Shown: piece by piece, positions 38,478 to 49,800 of the stretch
Numbering within the stretch: the first letter of the stretch is position 1
Layout: every line of letters begins with the position of its first letter
DNA from: Mustelus asterias
Taxonomy: Eukaryota
Length of the DNA: 64,000 bases
NCBI RefSeq assembly: GCF_964213995.1
Contig: NC_135804.1
Coordinates: forward strand, 68,076,001 to 68,140,000
Direction of reading: 5' to 3'
Notes under the pieces: model-generated
Seen by the model: only the letters and a program-made list of their open reading frames with translations
Database searches by the model: none
Told to the model about the DNA's origin: nothing
Translations under genes and position numbers: made by a program

Positions 38478-40059
38478 CTGCTGTGAGCAGCCAGAATAGT
38501 TATGTTTTCTGTACTATCTGGTATGTAGATACAACACTCTGAAACAATCACTGCACATGTCCCACCTCTCTCTGACAAAACATAATCCAATTCCAATCGA
38601 TGCTGAAACACCATATTACGCATGACAACCATCTCATTGTTTATTGCAGTTAGGACAGCAGCTGTGTCATTGGCTACTTGTTCCAAAATGGAGCGCAAAA
38701 TAAAGAAATGTCTTTAGCCACTCCACAGCTAGGAAACAGTACGCCAAAGAATCGTTCTCTTTATGAAATTGCCCGTCGATGTCTTGGCAAGGGAAGACTT
38801 TTCTGAGTGTGCTATATGTATGGGACCACACATCCAAGTTAACACGACCCCTTCCATCGAATAGGGAACCAAGGATATGCTTTATTTCCACAGAACGAAT
38901 AAATACCATTGGATGTTTGGGTAAGTATTGCCTCCTTTAATCTAATAGAATTAGATATATGACTGGTCCCTTTTGGGTGGACTCTGGTAGATCCGACTGT
39001 TTTGACCCACAGTGTAGTTGCATTAACTTACACCTAAATTCTTCCCGGGGCCTTTCAAACGCTCCACACAGTAAGTCCCCTTTGGTTTCGGGTTTGACTA
39101 TTTCAAAATCAGATTAGGAACTGACTTCTTTAGCTTATGGACAGATGTGCACCATCTCAAATAGCCAATCTTCCCTGCACAGCCCATACTGTTATCGAAC
39201 TTTCTCCACATAAAGGTCCTGAACAGTATTAAATAAGATGGCATATATTTAACATAAGGCACATCTACCCTTTTAGTTGATTAGATTACCTACCTCGGTT
39301 TCAAAGTGGATGAATAGGGTTTGCATCCCCTCGAATACAAGGCGAAAACTATTAAGGCAGCACGTGCGTCGAAGATCGCGATAGAATTGATCTCCTTCCA
39401 GGAAATATTCAATTCACATTGAAGGCCCCTGCCGAATGGACCAATCACCATGGCCACGCACACCAGCTTTTAAAATAACATCAACGCTGGAAGTGGGGAG
39501 GCATGCAGACAAAGGGCTTCAACCCAAGTAAAGTAGGCTTCGCAATCAACGGCATGCTCATTCACTTGCACCCGAGCAAACAATTAGTAGTCACTTGTGT
39601 GCGTCACTGTACGGAATTGGAGAAGTGCTATTCCACAGAATTACAGATGGGGTGGCGAGATCACATGTGTTTGCTTGGAGAACGTCGTCACATGCTGAGA
39701 AAAGATAGTTACAATTCAACAGAAAAAGCCTAGCAAGCATGTATGATTTGAAGGAATTTTACCAGTGCATCTGTAGGCCCCACTCCTGTCAGAACAAAAG
39801 CCATTGCTGGGGCTTTTCCTTGAGATATGCCACTGCCTCCTGTTGCCTCGGCTAAAGTGCAAAGAGGTGTCTTGCTTCTGACAGCAGACAACTGTACATT
39901 CCTGCATCGGGCGGGAACATAAATCCCTCATACAGTTGTGCTTTGTCACCTCCCACTGCCATATGCCGCATGGTGACCACTTGTGCTAAAGAAGATAGTG
40001 TTGGTTTTCACAATGTGGAGACCCTGCTGGTTTCACTGGCTGTCTTGTCTGGAGACAAT

Positions 40060-40315
40060 ACACATCTTTTTAGCCTGTCTTGATGCTCTCTCCACTCCCA
40101 TTGTTTTGTTTCTTAAAGACTTGATTAGTTGTAAGTATTCGCATTCCAACCATTATTCATGTAAATTGAGTCTGTGTCTTTATAAACTCTGTTTGTGAAC
40201 AGAATTCCCACTCACCTGAAGAAGGGGCTTAGAGCTTCGAAAGCTTGTGTGGCTTTTGCTACCAAATAAACCTGTTGGACTTTAACCTGTTGTTGTTAAA
40301 CTTCTTACTGTCTCA
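40060..40315 (+). mobile_element. Penelope 3' end/pLTR with hammerhead motif at about 40213-40250
   Basis: ctcacctgaagaaggggcttagagcttcgaaagcttgtg...aataaacctgttggactttaacc; same family as 38265-38477. Confidence 0.85.
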
Positions 40316-40329
40316 GATGTCCACATTAT

Positions 40330-42400
40330 GTAATGGACACAAAGCGAGCCATTGCTATTGCAGGTCAGAAAATGGTGCAGTTAGGCTGGCACTTCGACAA
40401 GGCAGAGTAAATGAAGACGTTTATAATGCAGGAATAACATAACGCGCAAAGCTGGGAGTGCCATTGTGGGGAGGGGTGGGGGGGGGAGGGGGTGCAGGAG
40501 GGTGGAGGAGTTGGCGGCATTCCGTTGCATCACCCCAGGAGCGATGGCCAGTGCTCCAAGCTGATGCATATCTTGGCCACACATGAGTGGGAATGTTGGC
40601 CGGAAAATACATCTGGAAGCCTGACATGAAAGAGAAATTGAACATAATTGCGTTTTTGGAAACGTTTCAGACAAAGCAAAGGCTCCAATATTGAAACTGA
40701 ACCCGTGGGAACGGACATGTCGTCCGTGGTTGAGCTTCATATAGATTTTGCTGGGCCCTTAATATGGGAGGGAGATGGGGCGGCGGCTGTCAGGTAACGT
40801 ACACAATGTTTGCCCATTCAGGGACTCCCGACACTGGCAAAACGATGCAACTCTGCCAGCGGCCCTTCAGCAATCGAAGGTACTTGATCCGCAGAAGAAG
40901 CGAATGAATTAGCTGCCCCTCATACTCGGCCATTGCAGGCCCCTCCTTGAGGCTCGTCCACAGAATTCGGAGGTTACCTTGGTCCAAATGTGGGCATCGA
41001 ATGTGTCAAGTTCACAAGCTGGTTTGAATGAAGCCGAAACTGGACCCACTTGCCTTCCGGAGCTGCATCCACCCTCTTACGCAAATGACCGACATGCTTC
41101 TTCACTCGAAGGCCCTGTGCCTCTTGGATATACGAAAGCAGCCCTGACTTCTCCATAAGTCTCCTTGGCAAACAGGATATTCTGGCAGCAAATATCCTTT
41201 CCAAAACGAGTTTGGTAATACTAAATTGTGGCACATGTTCTTAATCCTTGTAGATGCCCACTCCAAGTGGTTGTAGTGTCAGCTCATGTGATCCGCCATC
41301 ATTAAATCTACTGCTGATAAACTGAGTTGAATCTTCACTATCCATGGTCATCCTCAAGTGTTGGTAACAGAACATCGAACGGGATTTATGGCTGACAAAC
41401 TTCCGACTTTTGTGAAGCATAATGACATCGGTTGTGTCAGGGCGGTCCTCGACAATGCTGCCTGACATAGGTTGGAGGAGAGGGCCGTGAAGATATTAAG
41501 AAGCAGGCTTATAGACTGTTGCTATTTGGATTTTCAAGCATTTGCTGCCCTGCAGCACTCCACTTCATTTCACCACTGGGGTGACGTTTGCAGGACTGCT
41601 AATGGGTCAGTGGCTGCGTACTTGCTTAGACGTAATGTTCGCCAATTGTCGAGAAGGGAAGAGGTTAAGCAAGCCTCTCAGAAAGAGTACCATGACTCTC
41701 AGGAAAAAGACAGTCCTTTAGTGTTGATGACCTCGTTTTGAAAAGGAGTTTTGGTTGCGGAACCTCCTGCGTGTCAAGAAGAGTCGTAGAGAAGACAAGT
41801 CGGTTTTGAATGTCCTAGAGACACAGGGCCTTCGAGTGAAGAAGCATGTCGGCCACCTGTGTAAGAGGGTGGAGCATTCTTTCAATGCCTTCTCTATGAA
41901 AGGTACGTTTTGTCTGTATAGCGTGCAAAAAACAACACTTTTCACTGTATGTTAATACATGAGACAATAATAAATCAAATCACATCAAGTGGGTCCAGTA
42001 TCGGTTTCATCCAAACCAGCTTGCGAACTTGAGACTGTCGATGCCCAGTTTTGGACCAGCGAATCTTTGTATTCTGTGAACGAGACACCAGAAGGGGTCA
42101 GCAACGGCCTAGCATCAGAGGCAGCGACTCTATTCGCTTCTTGTGTGGATCATATACCTTCGACTGCTGAAGCACCGCTGGCAGGGTTGCATCGCTCTTC
42201 CAGTGTCCGGAGTCTCAGAACTGAACGACATTATGACCGACACCCAATCGCCGCCACCCACTCCCACCCCCTACCCACCAAAACCCCGCACCCACCCCCA
42301 TTAATCTTGCTGCCTGTAGCTATTATTATCGTTTGTTTCATCACAGTTGTGGCTCACAGAGTTCGGAGGGAAGGTGTTTCTTAGCGTGACACCTTTACGA
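40330..42400 (+). pseudogene. Ty3/Gypsy integrase remnant with an internal inverted fragment (about 40790-41240) and a Rex 3' insert (about 41865-41985)
   Basis: PW..LHIDFAGP (about 40724-40760), FLILVDAHSKWL (about 41238-41273); PPT-like ggagggaagg at about 42365. Confidence 0.7.
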
Positions 42401-42619
42401 GATGATTTTTCAGACCATGCGACCGCGCCGCAACAAATGGAGTGCAATCGTCCAAACGTTGGCCAATCAGCAACAAGAGCGCGCATTCCCAGGACTGAAA
42501 GTCGGCAGAGTCAATTGGGGAACTGTTAGGAGCAGACATGTTCTGCTGGGTTGCAAATTATTTCGATGTAAACTGTTGAATGAACATTTTTATGTTGTAC
42601 ACTTGCTATACCGAATCGC

Positions 42620-42960
42620 TGCAGTGTATTTATCACTTCATGCGATGTGGACGTCGCTGGCAAGGCCGGCATGTGCTGCCCATCACCAACTAGCATTAAA
42701 CTGAGCGACGTGTCACGGCTTTTCCGAGGTCAGTTAAGCTTCATCCACAATGATGTGGACTTTCAATCACACGTAAGCAAGACCAGGTATGATTGGGAGA
42801 TTTCCTTCCATAAAATCATTCATGGACGAAATGTTGGTTTTGCAGCAATACACGAGAGTTTCATGGCAATCATTGGACGTTTATTTATAGATTTTTGATA
42901 AACCAACTCGACTGTGGCGAGATTCATATATTGGAATTCAAAGCCTTAGCTAGGGTCTGT
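42620..42960 (-). mobile_element. tRNA-derived SINE (second family; + strand copy at about 53225-53510)
   Basis: Reverse complement of gaaggaaatct...gatgggca...gccagcgacg; matches 53225-53510. Confidence 0.55.
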
Positions 42961-45900
42961 AGATTCTTTCTCTAGTGATTAATATTCAATACGTTGCAAT
43001 TATTTGAACTGATTTGTTATGGTATAGGTTGAGCTTCAAGGACTATATCTTGTTTTCTGCGGCAGTAATCTAAGCAAAAAGTCCTTCTGTAGCAATTCCA
43101 TCATTTGCCTCTCACAAATATATTTCAATTGCTACTCACATTTAATATAAACATGCTTCAACACACAACCACACAGACTGCACTGTTACTCTGACCAATA
43201 TCAGGTTGCTTGCACACAGTGCAGCCTTTTCAATTATATCTAAACTCGGGTCATTGAAGTGTGCAATCACCGGATTAGATATTCTCACTAAGCATAGAAT
43301 GAAACATTAAATATGGACTTGATTTTCATGTGGTGAACTGGAGAGAGGGAAAGATATGGGGTCACCGGGGTGGGGTTATGGGCGGCAGTACCAAAGACAT
43401 CAGTTTGACAGAAGACAAGGCCATGCACTAACTTTACTGAAGAGGAGAAACATGAAACATCAGTGGGCAGACTGAAAGCAAGGAATGTCAATTATGCACA
43501 AATAAATGCGCGGCTCATTTGGAAGCCAGAATGAAAACGGCGTGCACTCAAGGTCATGAAGGACTCCAGCACCAATGTGGAGTATCACTTTATGCAGAAC
43601 TTGGAACACTTATTTTCCTTTACAGTACAGCTGCCCAAATTCACTAGTAATGTTGCGAACACAACTGTGACGACATATCTAATGGTCATTTCCACGTTTA
43701 CTTTGGAGTGCTTCAGTTAAAGCTCAGAATTACCTCCCACAAGCCGACATCTGTTGGTTGCGATTCTGACTGACAATTTGTATGTTCAGAGATTCGCTGC
43801 ATCCCTTCAAACTCGGTGGCCAGTGCCCTCCCAGAGCCACTGTGCATTCTTGTCGAATTAGTATGAACGTTCACTGCAATTATTGCTTCAGTCAGTGAAG
43901 TTCCGCTGTGTAGGACACATTATATTTCTATGAAAAGTGACATAAAATAATGTACAAACGTAATTATTGAAACTTTGGTGACCTGATAACTCAATTACAT
44001 CTGGAAAGCTTACGTTGTGGTGCCTTTTATTTTTGCTTTGTCGCCCTGAGCATTATTTCTCGGTCCGTGGCGGAAGAAACGGAAGAAGTATTGACGACTG
44101 GTGAACGGGGAAGGTCTGTTATAATTTCGGCATTACAGGAGAATAAGGTTAAATTGTAATCGCTGGAAGAAAGAGGCTGCTCAATTTTTGCCCAGCCATG
44201 ATTTCTTCCCACAAAGTCTCAATCGTTTCACTTGGCCGTCTCATTCATTTTGTTTCTCATAAGTATATCATGTGATAGTAGATTACAAGGTCTGTCCCTT
44301 CAGGTATTTTAAATTTTATATTTTATGGTAGCTTAGCACCATGGATGGTGAACAAGCATCAACAGATTATTTATTTATAATGATAATTGAAGGAAGGGAC
44401 ATTGTTGCTCCAGTACAACAGTGAGCTCACATACGCCAATTGTTGCAGCAAAATGGCCCGCCTTTTCTAAGTACTGCGTATGTTGCAAACTATGGTCATC
44501 AATAATGTTGCCATTAGATTAACCTTGTCGCCCAATATTCATGGAGTTGTGTTTGAAACATCGATGAGTCAGTGGAAATGTTCATCATGAAATCGTCGCG
44601 ATGTGCGCCAGAATGCCATTAACTGACCTGTTAATAAAATCCCTATGCTAACACACTATTTGGCGTTGAATCAACCGTTCTGCTTTCTGCACATGCAACA
44701 GTTTACAAAGGTTCTCTGCAATGCAATTGCCATGCAATAAATGGCGCACTTCATGGCGAAGGCAGTAATCTAACAAGCACTCTTTCCAACTCCCATCGCT
44801 TTTCTCTGGCAAGGTATATTGCATTCAAAATATTGTTTTTAAGCCGAAACTTAGTGTGCTCGCATTTGAAATATCATCTTGCCAATGCTGAAATGTTAAT
44901 AAGGCCTTATACTCAAGCCGCAAAGATGCCGAATGCATATCAGGATATTTAAAGGGGCAATTATTGCCTTGCGGCGAGATTGCAGCTTTGACTGTCGCAG
45001 TTTGCGGATTTCAGTGATGGAATCTTTATTGCGGTGTGAGCAACGCTTACACATTTCCTCGATCAGGTCCCATTGTGCGAATTGATTCCTTGAGACTATC
45101 AAGAGTTATGTCGTCATTTGCCGAAACGTGAAAACCTTCTTTCAGAGTTTGTCCTGCTATAGCTGCCTTTGATCATGCCCTGTTGCAGGTCTTCGGACTA
45201 CACTTTGAGGCACGTCTGGGCGCAATGAAATTTTACAGCAGTCCTGTAATTTTCATTAATAAATCATAAAACGTGCTGGAGAAACTGAAATATGGGAAGC
45301 ATGTGGACATCCGCGGAGTTTCAACAACATCTAGACAAAGGTAACTCAGGAATTAATCTATGAACATTGATTACGGCGTCCAGATGGAGCTGCCAGCAGT
45401 CAAAAGTCTGCACTTTCGCAGACCAATGTGTCGACCGAAATACCGTTTAAACTCCCAAAATCGAGCGCTGCAGAGTCCTCATTCTCACACAACATGTCTC
45501 ATTATGGATTTTTCAAGCTGATTTGTTGAAGAGACACATTGATGGCTGTTGTGCGCACGCAACTCACACCTCTTTAGAGGGCAGTCCATTTCAAATGATC
45601 TCCTGTAACCTAAAATTCCAGGTGAAAGGCCGGAGGAAACTGAGTGGGCAACAATACTTACAATGCATGGCCACAGCCGTTGTCTATCCTTAATTCATTG
45701 TCACAAATAAATTTTGAATGACATGTTTGTCCATTGCCCTTGTCCTTGTCTCTCTTATCTGGACCCTTGCACATTTCTACGCAGAATATACTCTCCTCAT
45801 TTCCTGTTCTTCTCAATATTTCCTGTAGGGAACCGCACCTGCCTACTTGAGGCGATTGGCTATTGTGTAGTGAATATTCTATGATCAATGGTCATGCGGC

Positions 45901-46808
45901 CTCCTTATCCTCCTGTACACTTGTCATGTATTACGTTGTTACAAACCTTCCTTTTGTCTTTATAACAGAAGTTTGTGCCTGTGTTACTGCCGTTTCAATC
46001 ATTCTCAGGCCAGTAAATTATGCAACAGGCCAAACTCTCCCGCCTCCCAACTCGTGACTTTTTCAGTGAATGAACCATGGGAAAGTTCGACTTTGCTGTC
46101 TTTTAGGAAGCAGAAACACATACTCTCGATCATAGCATACATTTGTTATATCAAACAGCCTAATAATACGAAGCTACAACTTGAAAACAAATATTATGCG
46201 TTACACGTGTTTTGCGTTGGTTATGCAGCAGTCTCCGGGGCTACGTATGGAGTCCTGGCTCATAACGTTGCAAATCATTCGCTATTTCCTACATTAGGGC
46301 TCCTAAGCATGTTTTTGTGCTATCTGGAGTGACGTGCGGTCATTCGTGGTTTTGTCTCAATTTTCACAATTTCAGGGTACATCTCCAAAAGAGGTGGAAA
46401 GGAAACCATGGAGGAAAAAAACAACGGGCCTGAAGTCGACATTCTCCTCTTTTATCAGCTGATTTTCTTGAGTAATCCTCAGCGAAATTTGGAGAATTTC
46501 TACCCATAAAATACAAAAATTCAGAAATCCACAATAGCCCAGGAAGTTTTGACCACTTAATTGTACATGGATCGAGGTCCAGGAGCGAAATGGACCGCGT
46601 TGTACCTGCTGAATCTTGAAATTGTGGTTTCTTCTAAAAAATATCCAACTGTTTTAGCAGATTTAAACAAAATAATGGCAACATGCTCTTGACACATCGA
46701 CCGGATGTTACACTTCATTGTCATTATTGAATACGTTGGCAACTTCGCGTTGTTGTAAACCAAAAGGCAGTTCAGACTCTGTTGCTGTGGCTCGTCGACT
46801 GGTTAAGA

Positions 46809-46857
46809 ATGTTGTCAAGTGTGGTGTGCTTCTCTGCTCTGGCGCTCATTTTCACAG
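46809..46857 (+). CDS. Gene B exon 1, signal peptide MLSSVVCFSALALIFT
   Basis: Hydrophobic leader, phase-1 donor acag|gttcca (weak). Confidence 0.72.
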
Positions 46858-49800
46858 GTTCCAGTTCATTTTCTATGCGGGTTGCTTGTTAAACCGCGCA
46901 ATTATCAAGCTGTAATTTAATTCATCATGTTTGCTTGTACTTGGGACAAATTAAGTAACTCACTAAACCCCGCGCTTTTTATCGTACTATTGCTCCGGAC
47001 TAATTCGGTTTTGATTTTCAGTAGGCTCTGGTCAATCTGTGGTGAAAGTAACTCAGCTACCTGCGAACGTGAGCAAAAACAAGGGGACAAATGTCTCCTT
47101 TCATTGCTCGCTTCCTTTCTTTCAAGACGGTCCGGCTGTGAGTATGCAATGGTGGAAACACGGTGACAACCAATATATACGTACAAAAGAAAATGGCCGA
47201 AAAGTAACTGGATTAAAGACAATATTCAGTGGTTTCCTTCAGATCAACAATGTGATCGTGCAAGACGCAGGGGTATACTATTGCACTGCCACTCATCGAG
47301 GCATTATTGCTGGTAATGGGACGGGCTCCAATTTAACTGTACGAGGTAGGTTTGGATGAAATGAGATTGAGATCCATAATGAATCATTCGCACGTCAAAA
47401 CATGTCTCGATTGTGCTTCGAATATTTTATATTGGATCCTAGCAGAAGGCTTTGTTACGGTTTATTGGGATTTGGATGTCACTGGCTGGGGCAAAATATA
47501 TTCGTTCATTCCCAATCCCCTTGTGCTCGGCTTTTTATAAAGATAGGTAAGATTAAAACACATTGCACTGGGCCTTCGTTCTCATATAGGCCAGAACAAG
47601 CAACGATGAAAGCAGAACCACCGGTTCAGCCACCTACGCAGTTTCCGATTGTTTCATATGTATATATTCACATTGCAATAATTATGACAATTGTTTCCTC
47701 TAATTGAAATTACAGTTTTCTATCCAGCAGCAAAAAAAAAAACACATGGACTCCGTATGCAGTTCATTTACTACTGCCATTCATGCGCTGTTAATTTGAA
47801 TTTAGCTTCGCTATTGCCATTGCTTTCATAGATCTATTTCTTATGATAAATGCACTGCACAGTCGAGATCTATGCTCAGCACAAACCAACGCGATCTAGT
47901 CTGCAAAGCAGCACAGTGTTTTCGAAAAAAGACCGAAACAGCAGAGGGACTGTTAAACTTTTTCGATGACCAAGTAAAGCATTTTCCCTTACCTTTTATT
48001 TCATAGTTCCACCAACTCCGCTGAAAATTAACTCTCAGTATCCTGAAAATGACTCATCCGCGCCTCCTGCTATTCTATGCTCAACGTCTCCATTTTACCC
48101 GAGGAATATCAATTTCACTTGGTACAAGGATGGCACCAAAGCTACAGGAATGGTAAAGACCATAATTGAATCCAAGACTGATGGACTATATGAAGCTTCT
48201 AGTCGTTTGCAAGAGACGCAGCCTATCCAGTTAGGAACTATGTACACCTGTCTGGTGACCCACAGCACCCTTCAAATTTCAGCGTCCGTCACTCACATTG
48301 TCACCAATCCCAATAGAGGTAAGCATTCTGATAGAGGAATATAATTTCAGAACACATGCAATCTGGCATATCAATGTCGGTTCTTTGGAGAAAGAAAATG
48401 TTTCATTTGGTCCCACGCCACAGATTTGCTTTAAATTAGTTTGCTTCAAACGTATCTTCAAATGCCTTTTTTGAAAAGTTATAAGTTCATTGTTCCTAAA
48501 ACTTCCTGCACCTCCCTAAAAATCGATGGAAAAGCGTTCTTCTCAAATTCAATTTATTTTAGACAAGAAAATCTACTTGACTGCGGCTTATATATGCAAT
48601 TTAAAAAGTATACGTGTATTTGCTCTCCATCGAAATCAGTCGTAACTCCGATTCATTCTTTCAAGTTGCATTTACGCTTCCCTTCTGTAATGGGAAAATC
48701 ATAGTGTCTCATATCTCTCAAAGTAACTAGAGAGTTTGAGCCCTTCCAAAGTCCTGGTCATTTTTGTCCTATGCTGCCTGAGGTGAACTGGCGATTATTG
48801 TGTTGAATTGTTCAGCCAAGAACTATGCAATCTCCGACGTTTGGCATAATACTTTGCGTTTTCTGATTTAATAAAGTCACTATTTATAAAATTCAATTAA
48901 TCCCTGAATCATCCCGAAGAAACTTACGGTCTTGTCCTGTCACGCCCAAAGACTTCTGCATGTGGAGCCTTACATTGTATTGATTTTGGCTGAAAATAAT
49001 CCCTTTTTGGCTACATTATTTTCTCCCCAAAAATCCAATTTTCATTATTATTCGTATTACATTGCACCTAAATTTCGTCTGTCCATGTTGGCAGTCTTGT
49101 TGTACTATTGTGAAGTTTGCTATTGTTGTGCACGCTGCATGCCACCATTCATATAATTTCTCTGATCCATTAACTTCGAAATTGTACTCGATATTTCCCA
49201 GTCTATGTCATTGAGTTTTTCATATCAAGCATTGGGTCTCACAATTATGGCGGCTAAAGATTGGGGTCTTGACACAAAAGATGGTCTTTATCAATGGTTG
49301 CTCAGTTTGCAGTTACCAATAGCCCACAAAATAAATTCTCACACACGCAACCTCTCCCCGTCACTGCCCCCACCCCGCCCAGAGGAAACATTAAATCAGG
49401 TCTTGATCTTGGTAAATTGCAATGTAAATTTGCCAACAATATCTCCTCTCCAAGCACCGTTTTTCCGTAGTCTCATACTTCCTCCATCTCCACTGAAAAT
49501 TAGGTCTCTGCAAACTGTCACTGATTTATCTCTCTATATTGCTGTTATTTTCGAGGAATCTCCCTCCCCCCCCCCCCACCAGCCACTCCCCCCCTCCCCG
49601 CCGCACATACACACGCCATTCCCCACCCCAACTCTCCCCACCCCCGCCAATCCCTGAAGAATGTCAGATACCATTTGAATAAGAATGTCTCCAAAATTAC
49701 AGTAGATATAAATAACATTGCTCAACTAATAACCAATGGGCCATAGGGAATTTGGTTTTGCAATGTTCCCAGCACATCAATTTTGTGCTTGCTTATGGCT

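Larger units (their letters stand above)
37900..39300 (-). pseudogene. Endogenous retrovirus env remnant (gamma/epsilon-type SU C-terminus and TM)
   Basis: GIYSFCGNKAYPWFPIRWKGSC*LG; furin site RHRR; fusion peptide FFGVLFP; ISD FQHRLELDYVLSERGG; CX6CC CAVIVSECC; TM IAIIFMLILALIL; stops and a frameshift upstream of the ISD. Confidence 0.88.

Noticed and set aside
45718-46000. Signal-peptide-like MTCLSIALVLVSLIWTLA plus possible Ig fragment
   Set aside because: There is no splice donor after the leader-like stretch, stops follow, and the cysteine spacing is too short for an Ig domain
47905-47950. CACAGTG heptamer in the V-C1 intron of gene B as a recombination signal sequence
   Set aside because: There is no nonamer match at 12 or 23 nt spacing, it is not adjacent to a coding end, and the J-like strand is already fused to V
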